Source of the DNA: Sedimentisphaerales bacterium
GTDB taxonomy: Bacteria > Planctomycetota > Phycisphaerae > Sedimentisphaerales > Anaerobacaceae
Direction of reading: 5' to 3'
Assembly: GCA_016933295.1 (NCBI GenBank)
Contig: JAFGBG010000255.1
Span: 1,185-65,184, forward strand
Length of the DNA: 64,000 bases
Shown here: positions 54,870 to 64,000 of the stretch, piece by piece
How the letters are laid out: each line of letters begins with the position of its first letter
Position numbering within the stretch: the stretch's first letter is position 1
Translations under genes and position numbers: made by a program
The notes under the pieces: model-generated
What the model was told of the DNA's origin: nothing
The model's database searches: none
Seen by the model: the letters and a program-made list of their open reading frames with translations, nothing else

Positions 54870-56345
54870 CTAATTCAGATTAAGAAAAACGAAATAAGGA
54901 GTGCCTTCGATAGTTACCCTCAACATCACGCGACCAAGCCCCTGTTTTTTCGCCGCTTCTATCGCCTGATTGAATTCACGAACATTTCTTACCGGGCGCT
55001 TATTGACTTCTTTAATTAACGTTCCCTGCCTCATTCCATTCAGGGCGGCCTGAGAGCTGGGATCTATTTCCTTGACCACAACGCCGGTCTGGTCTTCATA
55101 GCCGAAACTTTCTTTTATTTCATCGGTAAGATTTTCGACAGTAAAACCTAAAACCTTGGCCGTTTCCGTAGGTAAATTACTGGCAATCTGATCCATAGAA
55201 GATCGTTTGCCGAGTACAACATCGACTTTCTTGCGCTTTCCATCCCGCCATATCGTCAATTCCACTTTGGTACCCGGTTTGAGCATTGATATTTTGGTCT
55301 GCAAATCAACCGCCGATTCTGTCGGCTGCCCATTCACCTCGAGAATAACATCGTTATAAGTTAGGCCGGCTTTGTCCGCCGCCGAACCTTCATAAATATA
55401 TGGAATGAGAACACCTTTGGTATCCTTTAAACCGAATATCTCGGCATTATCCGGATTGAGATCCTGGGGTTTAACTCCCAGAAGGCCCCGCTCGACGGTG
55501 CCAGACTCAAGAATCTGCTCATAAGCATATCTGGCCATATTAATCGGTATAGCAAAACCGATTCCGATATTCCCGGTCGAACCGGCGATTGCCGTATTCA
55601 TTCCGACAACTTTCCCATCAAGATTAATGAGAGGGCCGCCGGAATTTCCGAAATTAATTGCGGCATCGGTTTGAATAAAATTCTCGAGATCCGCAAGACC
55701 GAATCCGGCCCTTCCCTTGGCACTAACTATACCGGCGGTTACCGTGTGACTCAAACCGAGAGGATTACCGATAGCAAGAACCCACTCACCGACTTCGAGG
55801 GCATCGGAATTTGCAAGTTCGAGGAAAGGCAGGTTGTTGGCATCTATTTTAATGACGGCCACATCCGATTCCAATTCCGTGCCTTTAATCTCGGCAGAAA
55901 AAGTCCGCCCGTCCGTAAGTTCAACTTCAATTTTCTCTGCTCCTTCAACGACATGATTGTTGGTCAGGATATATCCGTCGGCGGAAATAATAAAACCGGA
56001 GCCCTGCGCAGTCGATGGTTCCTGGTATCTGCGCTGTTGCTGGCGACGGCGCGGACCAAAGAAAAATTCATAAAAATCATCTCCGAAAGGATCTACATTT
56101 TGATCACCAAACGGCGACTGGCGGTATTGCCGGGTAATGGTTTTCTGTGACTTGACTCCCACCACCGCCGGCGAAGCCTTGTCGGCAATGGATGCAAAAG
56201 CCTTGCCCATTTGACGAAGGGTGGCGATACTTTCTTCGCTATCCGCAAGGACCCGGATCGGGCTGAATACAAACTGGAATAAAACAACAAGGATTATAAT
56301 ATAAGATATGATGGTTTTTTTTCGTGAGAAACATTCAATCTGCAT
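54870..56345 (-). CDS. degP: DegP/HtrA (Do-family) periplasmic serine endoprotease with two PDZ domains
   Basis: The catalytic context is TNNHVV...D...GNSGGPL, followed by two PDZ segments. GGAGG lies 5 nt upstream of the ATG at 56345. The longest ORF starts with TTG at 56378. Confidence 0.93.
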   Translation of the reverse strand: MQIECFSRKKTIISYIIILVVLFQFVFSPIRVLADSEESIATLRQMGKAFASIADKASPAVVGVKSQKTITRQYRQSPFGDQNVDPFGDDFYEFFFGPRRRQQQRRYQEPSTAQGSGFIISADGYILTNNHVVEGAEKIEVELTDGRTFSAEIKGTELESDVAVIKIDANNLPFLELANSDALEVGEWVLAIGNPLGLSHTVTAGIVSAKGRAGFGLADLENFIQTDAAINFGNSGGPLINLDGKVVGMNTAIAGSTGNIGIGFAIPINMARYAYEQILESGTVERGLLGVKPQDLNPDNAEIFGLKDTKGVLIPYIYEGSAADKAGLTYNDVILEVNGQPTESAVDLQTKISMLKPGTKVELTIWRDGKRKKVDVVLGKRSSMDQIASNLPTETAKVLGFTVENLTDEIKESFGYEDQTGVVVKEIDPSSQAALNGMRQGTLIKEVNKRPVRNVREFNQAIEAAKKQGLGRVMLRVTIEGTPYFVFLNLN

Positions 56346-56426
56346 TTCGGCCTCCAATTCTCTTGCTCCATAAGTCAATAATATCTGAAAGGTTAAAAAC
56401 TAATTTCACATGTGGCTTTAATACGA

Positions 56427-56456
56427 ATTTTATTGCCGATATGTTCGCATTGTCAA
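56427..56456 (-). promoter_or_regulatory. Candidate sigma-70-type promoter for degP
   Basis: On the minus strand, TTGACA (56456-56451), an 18-nt spacer and TAAAAT (56432-56427). Confidence 0.45.
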
Positions 56457-56618
56457 GGTTTTTTTACACACAGGAAAACCCTGATAAATGACGGATATCA
56501 CCTTAGTTAATTTGCAATCATCCGAAAAGACGGACTAAAATCACATGATTTCGCCGCTCTGTTATAAACCGCCTGTTTGCTAAAAAATGCCGGTATGATA
56601 TGAATTAAAATATGGTTC

Positions 56619-56647
56619 TTGATAACAGAATTAATCTCGAGTACAAT
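56619..56647 (+). promoter_or_regulatory. Candidate sigma-70-type promoter for the PIN-TRAM gene
   Basis: TTGATA (56619-56624), a 17-nt spacer and TACAAT (56642-56647). GGGAGG lies 9 nt upstream of the ATG at 56706. Confidence 0.5.
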
Positions 56648-56705
56648 AGTTATCGATGTCGGTATTATTATATTATCATACGCTGTTATAGGGAGGTTTA
56701 TAACC

Positions 56706-57839
56706 ATGAAATTATTATGGATATTCAGAGCTATTTTCTTAATTGTAGTTATGGCGGTTATATTCGTCAATATAAGCTCGGAGGTCATGACCCAGAATGA
56801 AGAAGGTGAAATGAATGATATGGAGGTGTACGATACGAATTTGAATGCCCTCTGCTGGAGCGGCTTCGGAATGGTGGTATTTGTACTCCTTGTAGATGTT
56901 CTTACACCCAAGAAAAAACTCTCCGCTCTTGCAGGAGTATTTTTCGGACTTTTTGTCGGGATGCTCATCACCTGGGTCTTGTCACCTGTGGTCGAGATGG
57001 TAACTGTTACATTCGGTATCACTTTAACTCCCCCCGCCATTGCAGCGATTAAATGGACGCTGGGAATCTGCATCTGTTATCTTGTCATCAGCATTGTCAT
57101 GAGGACCAAGGATGACGTGCGGTTCTTGATTCCTTACGTGGAATTCTCCAAGCAGACAAAGGGCGCGCGTCCGCTGGTTCTGGATACTTCGGCGATTATT
57201 GACGGACGAATAGTTGATTTGTGCCGAAGCAGCCTCTTCGACGCTCCTTTGATTGTGCCGCGATTCGTCCTCAGTGAGCTGCAGCTTATAGCCGATTCCG
57301 CCCATAAACTCAAACGCAACCGCGGCAGACGAGGACTTGATGTGCTAAACAGTATGCAGTCCGACCCGAGCATCGACGTCGAAATCGATGATTCCATGAT
57401 CCCCGAAGTCGAGGAAGTAAAAGGAGTTGACCACAAGCTGCTTATGTTCGCCAAGGCCCGCAACGGGCGGGTGGCGACAACGGATTATAATCTCAGCAAA
57501 GTGGCCCAGGTGCGCGACGTCGATGTTGTTAATATTAACGATTTGGCCAACTCTCTTAAAGTGGTCGCCCTGCCCGGCGAGACAATGGAAGTCAAGATTA
57601 TCAAGCCCGGCGAAGAAGCCGAGCAGGGTATCGGTTACCTGGACGACGGAACAATGGTTGTTGTCGAAGGCGGACGAAATAAAATCGGAAAAGACCTGGT
57701 TATCAGCATAACAAGCTCTCTTCAGACTTCCGCGGGCAAGATGATATTCGGCAAATTCGAGGAATTTGTTCAGAACAGAAATGACAACGAGCAAAGATAC
57801 AATAGAAGAACCGTCCGAGCATCTGATAACAATAGATAA
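56706..57839 (+). CDS. Membrane-anchored PIN + TRAM domain protein (YacL-like)
   Basis: It has N-terminal TM helices, a PIN domain (RPLVLDTSAIIDGRIVDL...TTDYNLSKVAQVRDVDVVNINDLA) and a TRAM domain (GETMEVKIIKPGEEAEQGIGYLDDGTMVVVEGG). The start was chosen by RBS and promoter position. The track ORF begins at 56619. Confidence 0.85.
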   Translation: MKLLWIFRAIFLIVVMAVIFVNISSEVMTQNEEGEMNDMEVYDTNLNALCWSGFGMVVFVLLVDVLTPKKKLSALAGVFFGLFVGMLITWVLSPVVEMVTVTFGITLTPPAIAAIKWTLGICICYLVISIVMRTKDDVRFLIPYVEFSKQTKGARPLVLDTSAIIDGRIVDLCRSSLFDAPLIVPRFVLSELQLIADSAHKLKRNRGRRGLDVLNSMQSDPSIDVEIDDSMIPEVEEVKGVDHKLLMFAKARNGRVATTDYNLSKVAQVRDVDVVNINDLANSLKVVALPGETMEVKIIKPGEEAEQGIGYLDDGTMVVVEGGRNKIGKDLVISITSSLQTSAGKMIFGKFEEFVQNRNDNEQRYNRRTVRASDNNR

Positions 57840-57887
57840 CAAACATACGAAAGCGGCGAAAATTCGACTGCAGATTCCGGGATATCA

Positions 57888-58553
57888 CTACGACCTCAAA
57901 AGGCAACCGGCAAATGCTACAACGGCAAACAACAAGCCTGCGGCGAACAATGTCCAATAGAAATACGAGCTATAATTCTGCTCTGCGGTATGCGGCCCCG
58001 GGATGCAAAAAGAGACAACGATAATTAAAGACGCGACAAAGAAAGCAATCCAGTCATAAAAACGCGTTTTTATAGGTCTGTCGAGAGAATCACGATAAAG
58101 TATCACCGCGGCAAAAAGAAGCATTACGAGAGAAACCAAAACAGGCGCCAGCACAGGCCCGGCCCAGACGACAGGTATCAGGAATAATATATCCCAGTCC
58201 ATAATCGAAGCCGGCCAGTTTAGGAGCACTTTCAGCCAGACATAATAAAAAATATCCCAAACGGCAAAAATAGTAAGAGCATAAGCAACTCTCTGCCGAA
58301 GATTTCGTCCAAACAGCCACGCACCGGTTACTATTAAAACCAGGGTTGAAGCCTCCCTGCCGACCTCGGTCAGCAAAAGTCTCCTGCTGACTGAATCGAT
58401 GATTGATATAGACAGGGGAAAATTAAATCCATTCGGATAAAAAATCTCACGCAGGTAAACAACAACGGCGGCTTCGATATATCCAAAAGCGATACCAAAG
58501 ATAACTGAAATAAAAAACCTCACGAATGTTTTTCTCAAAGTATCCATAAACAT
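57888..58553 (-). CDS. Polytopic hypothetical membrane protein (about 6 TM helices)
   Basis: It has six hydrophobic helices and is convergent with the PIN-TRAM gene. I recognise no family. Confidence 0.6.
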   Translation of the reverse strand: MFMDTLRKTFVRFFISVIFGIAFGYIEAAVVVYLREIFYPNGFNFPLSISIIDSVSRRLLLTEVGREASTLVLIVTGAWLFGRNLRQRVAYALTIFAVWDIFYYVWLKVLLNWPASIMDWDILFLIPVVWAGPVLAPVLVSLVMLLFAAVILYRDSLDRPIKTRFYDWIAFFVASLIIVVSFCIPGPHTAEQNYSSYFYWTLFAAGLLFAVVAFAGCLLRS

Positions 58554-58581
58554 ATCTGTGGTTCGGTTTTTGGAAATCCTT

Positions 58582-59640
58582 TCAGAATTTTTGTAACTGG
58601 TTTAAAAGAGCTGTTACAGCTTCGGATTCGGGTACTATCGAAACTCTTCGTCCTTTTCGATAGATATAGGCTTTATTCTTTCCGCCGCAAAGTGCTAAAT
58701 CGGCATCGGCTGCCTCGCCCGGACCGTTAACAATACAGCCCATCACGGCGATTCTCAACGGTTTATCCACTCGGCGTATAGCTTTTTGGACACGACGGGC
58801 TAATTTTATAACGTCAATTTCGGTCCGTCCGCACGTCGGGCAAACTACAAGCTCAGGACCTGATTTCTCCCGAAGCCCGAGCGCCGTCAATATCTGCCTT
58901 GCAATTATGGTCTCATCCACCGGATTGCCTGCGGCACTGACTCTTATTGTATCGCCGATGCCTTCGGCCAGCAAAGTCCCCAGACTTACAGCCGAAGGTA
59001 TCCGGGCGTCTTCCGGCAGGCCGGCATGTGTAAGACCGAGATGGATTGGATAATCGAATGTTGCCGCTATCATCCTGTTGATTTCGATGGTTCTCAGGGC
59101 GTCGCTGCTTTTGGCGCTCAGAACCAGTCGGTCAAAATTGCGGTCCTCAAAAATACGAACGTATTTTTTCATTTCTTTCAACATCAAAGCAATACGCCTT
59201 TGTGTCGGTACCTGCCGCTTCTGATAATCGGCGATACTTGCCTCGTTAACGCCTATGCGAATGGCAATCCTATGCATTTTTGCCGCATCGATGATTCTCC
59301 GAATATCCTCTCGCTTTTTTATATTGCCCGGATTCAACCTTATTTTTGCGGCCCCGGCCTCGATGGCTTCTATGGCTCTGTCGGGACTGAAATGTACATC
59401 GGCGATAATTGGAACTTTAACTTTCCGGATAATCTCCGCCAAAGCGAGAGTATCGGCCCGCCGGGGAACGGCAATTCTTACCAATTGACAACCGGCCTGA
59501 ATGAGCTGATTTACCTGCCTTATACACCAGGGGGTATCAACCGTTGGCACTTTCGTCATCGACTGGATTACGACCGGATTCTTATACCCGAGCTTTATCG
59601 AGCCGACATTGACGGTTTTGGTTTTTCTTCTGTTAATCAC
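58582..59640 (-). CDS. ispG: (E)-4-hydroxy-3-methylbut-2-enyl-diphosphate synthase
   Basis: It matches IspG/GcpE over its full length, with the Fe-S Cys context VVCPTCGRTEID and GCIVNGPGEA. The start codon is GTG. Confidence 0.93.
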   Translation of the reverse strand: MINRRKTKTVNVGSIKLGYKNPVVIQSMTKVPTVDTPWCIRQVNQLIQAGCQLVRIAVPRRADTLALAEIIRKVKVPIIADVHFSPDRAIEAIEAGAAKIRLNPGNIKKREDIRRIIDAAKMHRIAIRIGVNEASIADYQKRQVPTQRRIALMLKEMKKYVRIFEDRNFDRLVLSAKSSDALRTIEINRMIAATFDYPIHLGLTHAGLPEDARIPSAVSLGTLLAEGIGDTIRVSAAGNPVDETIIARQILTALGLREKSGPELVVCPTCGRTEIDVIKLARRVQKAIRRVDKPLRIAVMGCIVNGPGEAADADLALCGGKNKAYIYRKGRRVSIVPESEAVTALLNQLQKF

Positions 59641-59687
59641 GGCACAATTTTAGCCTGATTCGTTTTCGCAGGCAAACTAAAACACAG

Positions 59688-59778
59688 TTTTAGTGCCTAA
59701 AGTTAAAAGTGCCTAAAGTTACAAACGACTTACTTTAGGCACTTTAGTTCACTTTAGACACTTTAAATCTATCACTCG
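59688..59778. repeat. Intergenic repeat element, copy B (CTAAAGTG/CACTTTAG word family)
   Basis: AGTGCCTAAAGT occurs twice (59692, 59708). Its inverse, ACTTTAGGCACT, lies at 59732. TTTAGTTCACTTTAG and TCACTCG follow in the same order as in copy A. Confidence 0.65.
59700..59743 (-). terminator. Hairpin inside repeat copy B, a possible terminator of the DUF4097 gene
   Basis: A 12-bp perfect stem (59708-59719 with 59732-59743) with a 12-nt loop is followed on the minus strand by TTTAAC. A duplicated arm at 59692-59703 offers an alternative pairing. Confidence 0.45.
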
Positions 59779-59789
59779 ACAGAATTTGA

Positions 59790-60641
59790 TTATCGCAATC
59801 TGATAGAACCGTTGTGGGTTTCGAGATAAAGCTTGCCGTCGCCGTTACCGATTGTCCCGGTAAGTTTAGTCCGACTGACTTTTCCCGAGACCATTATGGG
59901 CAAATCGGTATTTATCGAACCGTTATGTGTCGATGCATCTACCCTGGCCGAGTATCCGGCTGGGGCCGTCAATTCGATACTGCCGTTGTGAGTTACTATG
60001 GATATCTCACAATCCGGCTCGGCCGTTCCGGAATATTCCACTTTAACACTGCCGTTGTGCGTTCTAAGCTGCGCGTCGCCGGAGATTCCATCGCAACTGA
60101 GTCCGCCGTTATGCGTCACAAGCTTGACATCACCGGTTATATTCACTGCGGTAACTTTGCCGTTGTGCGTTGTGGCGTCAATCCCGCCGGTTATATCGTT
60201 GATTTTTATTGCCCCGTTGTGGCTTCCAAGCTCCAGATCGACACGATGCGGGACGATACAATCCAGGCTTACACTCACGGATTTATTTATCAGACGCTCC
60301 GGCCTTTTTATCCTGAGGATTAAATCATCTCCGGCACGTTCGAACCGCACCTCGGTTTCCTCGGCCAGCTCGAACGCTTCCTCGTCGGTTCTCGCCCTGG
60401 CAACGATAGTGGCCGTAACATTACAGTCGGCAACCTCGGCGCCATCGATTGTTATCGAGCCGTTGTGGGTCTGGGTCTTAAAGCCCGAACTCGGCGCTAA
60501 AGGCATTGTCAAATGAACGATTTTCTCGTATTTTGCCTGCATATCGCAACTTCCAATATAAATACAACACCCGGCTGAAACCACTAACAGGCATAAAACG
60601 CAACCCAATGACATTCTTTTTACTCTGTTGTTTTTTCCCAT
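59790..60641 (-). CDS. DUF4097-family beta-strand-repeat lipoprotein (putative adhesin-like)
   Basis: It has the lipobox VVSAGC and about seven THNG(S/G/A/K)(I/V/L) repeat units. Confidence 0.8.
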   Translation of the reverse strand: MGKNNRVKRMSLGCVLCLLVVSAGCCIYIGSCDMQAKYEKIVHLTMPLAPSSGFKTQTHNGSITIDGAEVADCNVTATIVARARTDEEAFELAEETEVRFERAGDDLILRIKRPERLINKSVSVSLDCIVPHRVDLELGSHNGAIKINDITGGIDATTHNGKVTAVNITGDVKLVTHNGGLSCDGISGDAQLRTHNGSVKVEYSGTAEPDCEISIVTHNGSIELTAPAGYSARVDASTHNGSINTDLPIMVSGKVSRTKLTGTIGNGDGKLYLETHNGSIRLR

Positions 60642-60895
60642 TTCCTTGTTTCCTTAATTTTTTTCTTTTTCTATTTATAAAATCTCCTCTGATTTAGTCG
60701 CCATTGCTTACAAAGAATTTCAAAAAAACCGCATTCTTTTGCTTTTTCGCCGTTTCAGCATCGCCATATATAATCTGAAGGCTGCCTTTATGCAAGAAGT
60801 TTCAAACAAACCCAATTTTTTATATGCCGCTCGCATATAAAAGATATAAGACAACCTTGACAGAACATCATTCATCAGGCCATTATATTAATCAA

Positions 60896-61669
60896 ATGAA
60901 AGGAAACATTTTCGATCTTTGCGGCAAAACCGCATTAATAACCGGCGGCAACAGGGGCATCGGCCTCGCTATCGCAAAAGCTTTGGCCTCACACGGGGCC
61001 GATGTGGCGATTATTGCCCGAACAAAACAACAGCTTGAAACAGCCGCCGAACAAATCAAAGCCGAGACCGACAGAAAGGTCTGGACGTTCCCGTTAGATA
61101 TTGAAAACATTGATAAAATAGAGAACTTTTTCGAAGATATTATTACCGAGACAAAAGGTGTTGATATACTAATAAATTGCGCCGGAACTACTGTTCGAGG
61201 CCCGACAGAAGAGCTTGACCTGAAATCGTGGAACAAGGTAATCGAGTTGAATCTGACCGCCGTACTGGCATTGTCGCAAGCCTTCTGCCGTCATCGGAAG
61301 AAATCAGGCAAATCCGGCAAAATTATCAATATCGGCTCACTTATGTGCCACGGAGCAAGGGCAACTACCGCCGCATACGCAAGCAGCAAAGGCGGCCTGT
61401 TGATGCTGACTAAGACCTTAGCCGTCGAGTGGGCAAAATATAATATCAACGTCAATGCAATAGGGCCGGGCTACATTGCAACAGACCTTACTGCACCGCT
61501 GCGGGCCGACGAAGATTTTAATAACTGGGTCCTCTCAAAAACACCGATCTCACGATGGGGACGGCCCGAAGACCTCGCCGGTACGGCGGTTTTACTTGCC
61601 TCCGGAGCAGGAGATTTCATCACGGGGCAGATAATTTACGTGGACGGCGGCTGGCTCGCAATGCTATAA
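60896..61669 (+). CDS. SDR-family oxidoreductase (gluconate 5-dehydrogenase / KduD-like)
   Basis: It carries TGGNRGIGLAIA, NCAG and YASSKGG (YxxxK). The start was chosen at the MKGNIFDL Met. The track ORF begins at 60824. Confidence 0.85.
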   Translation: MKGNIFDLCGKTALITGGNRGIGLAIAKALASHGADVAIIARTKQQLETAAEQIKAETDRKVWTFPLDIENIDKIENFFEDIITETKGVDILINCAGTTVRGPTEELDLKSWNKVIELNLTAVLALSQAFCRHRKKSGKSGKIINIGSLMCHGARATTAAYASSKGGLLMLTKTLAVEWAKYNINVNAIGPGYIATDLTAPLRADEDFNNWVLSKTPISRWGRPEDLAGTAVLLASGAGDFITGQIIYVDGGWLAML

Positions 61670-61816
61670 AAGTCCCAAAATATATAAAAAATTCCGTCTC
61701 GACCATAGATTTCACACCCAAACAGCCGATAATACAGTATTAAACAACTGAAATTTTACAAAAAAATTTCTTTCTTCCGTCAACCGACAAGTTTCGATAT
61801 TCGTCTATAGCGGTAG

Positions 61817-62410
61817 ATGGAGTTAATAGCCTCAATGGAAAACACAGACAAGAGCTTAATCGAAGCCCATTGTAAGGGTGACCCGACCGCATTCGGAGAG
61901 ATTGTCCGCCGATATGGGGACGGTGTCCTGGGGTATTTGGTGCGTATGACGGGAAACCGCGAACAGGCAGAAGACCTTTTTCAGGAGACTTTTAAACGTG
62001 TTCATGAAAAATCGCATACGCTTCGCGGCAACGAATTCAAAAGCTGGCTTTTCAAGATTGCAACAAACGCGGCACTTGACGGATTAAGGAAGAAAATAAG
62101 AGTGAATTCACGGGAAAAGAAATTAAACTTCGCCGATTGTGACGACGCGAAAAATGCCGAGGTGGTGGCGGTCGATAATTCTCGAAATCCTTCCGCCGAG
62201 GCCGAAAAAGCCGAACATATCGAGCAGGTCAGGCGGGCCGTCGAATCACTGCCGGACCGCCAGCGGGCAACGCTCGTTTTAGCCTATTATCAGCAGCTAA
62301 GCTACCGCCAGGTGGCTTCGGTTTTAGGCTGCTCCATCGGGACGGTGAAGACACAAATGTATAGGGCGCTGAGGGCTCTGGCGCAAAATCTGCCGGAGAT
62401 TGAACTATGA
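61817..62410 (+). CDS. ECF-type RNA polymerase sigma factor
   Basis: Region 2 is AEDLFQETFKRV...WLFKIATNAALD. Region 4 is LSYRQVASVLGCSIGTVKTQMYRAL. Confidence 0.88.
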   Translation: MELIASMENTDKSLIEAHCKGDPTAFGEIVRRYGDGVLGYLVRMTGNREQAEDLFQETFKRVHEKSHTLRGNEFKSWLFKIATNAALDGLRKKIRVNSREKKLNFADCDDAKNAEVVAVDNSRNPSAEAEKAEHIEQVRRAVESLPDRQRATLVLAYYQQLSYRQVASVLGCSIGTVKTQMYRALRALAQNLPEIEL

Positions 62411-64000
62411 GTAATACGAATAATCACCTAACGGAACGCCAGCTTATCGAATATCAGTTCAAGCTGGCCGAAGAAAGCCGTGCCAAAGAAATCGCCGGGC
62501 ACTTGGAAAGCTGCGGCCAATGCCGCCGGCAGCTTGAAAAGTTGCAACGCAAATTCGCATCGCTGGATTTGCTGCGTGGCGAAACAAAAGTTTCCGAAGA
62601 ATTGATTTCACAGGTCGTCGAACAGGCGAAAAAACAGGCTCCGGCAAAAACTTTCTTTCTCCGCAAGCCGGTATGGCTCAGCGCTGCCGCCGTACTGTTA
62701 TTGGGATTGCTATTGATTACAAACACCGTCAGAAAAGAAAAACTTTCTCAGGATGCTGACAGAGAATCGACTCCATCAGCAATTTCATTAGTACTTGATG
62801 AGGAATTACAACGTACCACGGCAAAAGATTCGAACAAAAGTGATATTGCCGAGGCCTTAGTCGCCCAAACCGAACCACGCCAGGACATAAGAGACGCTTT
62901 TTTATACAACGCAGAAACAAAAGCCGCATCAAAAGAGCAAATATCCGAAAAGCCGCCTTTCGCCCCGGCAAGCGCGATAGAATTAGTGACTCTGCCGAAG
63001 CGCGACAACGTCCAACTGACAATCTATAACTCCGCCGATTTGACGCTGGTTCGCGAAAAAAGGAGCCTCATATTGAAAAGGGGCTGGAACTGGCTGCAGT
63101 TTATGTGGGCAAATACACTGATTGATCCTACCTCACTTAGCCTGGAGCCTTCGGAACAGAAAGACAAAATTGAAATTCAGCAATTGGTGTTTCCAGCGAG
63201 GCTGCGGGAGCTTGGCCGCTGGCTCATCCACTCGGAGGTCAGCGGCCGGGTACCGTTCGAGCTGACGTACCTGACCAGCGGACTGTCGTGGCGGGCCTTT
63301 TACATGGGAACACTTTCGGAAGACGAAAAGTCAATGCAACTGAAAGGCTACGTTCGAGTTACGAACAACTCCGGCGAAGATTACGAAAACGCCCAGACGC
63401 GGCTGATTGTCGGCCAGGTCCACATGCTCGATGAAATCGCCGAACTGGCAAAGCGGCAATTTCCCTACGGCAGCCCAGTGCCGAGGCTCGGCGAATATTC
63501 TATGGATAAAGAAGGAGTAGTTTTATCGTGGCAAGCTGGAGTAGAACGGCAAAAACATGATGTTTATCTTGGGGATACTCTGGATGGTGACGAGCTTAGA
63601 AAAAAAGAAGTCATTAAAGAAGGTCTGAGCGAGTATTTCCTTTATACAATCGAAGGGACCGAAACCATTACCAACGGCTGGTCGAAAAGACTTCTGAGCA
63701 TCGATATCGATGAAGTACCGGTAGTAAACCTCTATAAATATGAAGAAGAGCGTTACGGCACAAATGTGATCCGTTTCCTTAGCTTCAAAAACGATACCGA
63801 GCACAAACTCGGCGAAACTCCAATCCCCGGCGGATTACTGAAAGTCTATCGAAACGCCTCAGACGCCGGAGACCTCTCCTATACGGGACAATCCTCTTTC
63901 AAATATATCCCCGTCAACGAAGAGGTTGAGCTTAATCTCGGTGTAGCAGCCAACATCGTTGTCGAGCCGAAAGTGATGGATTACAAGACGGAAAATTACA
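62407..64000 (+). CDS. Anti-sigma factor (zf-HC2) fused to a DUF4139-like extracytoplasmic domain, 3' end cut by the window edge
   Basis: This ORF is not in the supplied track. I translated it by hand and it is open from the ATG at 62407 (ATGA overlap with the sigma stop) to base 64000. It has HLESCGQCRRQL, one TM helix (VWLSAAAVLLLGLLLI) and then VQLTIYNSADLTLVREKR...IDPTSLSL...LTYLTSGLSWRAFY...VTNNSGEDYENAQTRLIVG. Confidence 0.8.
   Translation, partial: MSNTNNHLTERQLIEYQFKLAEESRAKEIAGHLESCGQCRRQLEKLQRKFASLDLLRGETKVSEELISQVVEQAKKQAPAKTFFLRKPVWLSAAAVLLLGLLLITNTVRKEKLSQDADRESTPSAISLVLDEELQRTTAKDSNKSDIAEALVAQTEPRQDIRDAFLYNAETKAASKEQISEKPPFAPASAIELVTLPKRDNVQLTIYNSADLTLVREKRSLILKRGWNWLQFMWANTLIDPTSLSLEPSEQKDKIEIQQLVFPARLRELGRWLIHSEVSGRVPFELTYLTSGLSWRAFYMGTLSEDEKSMQLKGYVRVTNNSGEDYENAQTRLIVGQVHMLDEIAELAKRQFPYGSPVPRLGEYSMDKEGVVLSWQAGVERQKHDVYLGDTLDGDELRKKEVIKEGLSEYFLYTIEGTETITNGWSKRLLSIDIDEVPVVNLYKYEEERYGTNVIRFLSFKNDTEHKLGETPIPGGLLKVYRNASDAGDLSYTGQSSFKYIPVNEEVELNLGVAANIVVEPKVMDYKTENY

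Noticed and set aside
56507-57073. A 188-aa minus-strand ORF across the degP/PIN-TRAM divergent region.
   Set aside because: It overlaps the PIN-TRAM promoter, RBS and TM-coding region. It is an I/T/N-rich product of AT-rich sequence.

Overview
The window is a 64-kb chromosomal segment with about 50 protein-coding genes. Reading by eye, I found no rRNA, tRNA, CRISPR array, transposase or prophage gene. The gene content suggests a PVC-superphylum genome, probably a Phycisphaerae-like member of Planctomycetota. Supporting genes are a prepilin-type N-methylation-motif protein, giant LamG/CBM secreted proteins with an ECF sigma/FecR pair, DUF1593, HEAT-repeat proteins and dockerin-like tails. This taxonomic call is inference only. 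Recognisable housekeeping genes are a capD-like gene (5' partial), xerC/D, kdsA, leuS, hom, lysC, gyrA, holA, apt, degP/htrA and ispG, plus a group-1/3-like sigma factor. Accessory content falls into seven groups. (1) A five-gene operon joins a VTC-type (triphosphate-tunnel) polyphosphate polymerase-like protein, a DUF4956 membrane protein, a pump-less HlyD/TolC pair and a lamin-tail-domain surface protein. I consider it the best candidate for an undescribed system, possibly trans-envelope polyP synthesis and export. (2) An ECF sigma and a FecR anti-sigma with an NPCBM-like sensor domain sit between two giant LamG/CBM proteins. (3) A peptide-harvest locus holds a POT transporter, an ACE-like M2 lipoprotein peptidase and an OPT transporter, with a DUF1848 Fe-S protein translationally coupled to the POT gene. 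(4) A hom / apgM-like / lysC cluster suggests a non-orthologous homoserine kinase. (5) A sigma-70 gene has no canonical start codon upstream of its conserved region 1.2. (6) A dispersed ~90-nt intergenic repeat built from CTAAAGTG words occurs twice. (7) Two repeat- and hairpin-rich intergenic blocks bracket a compositionally mosaic two-gene islet. All family assignments come from motif recognition in the supplied translations, and no searches were run.
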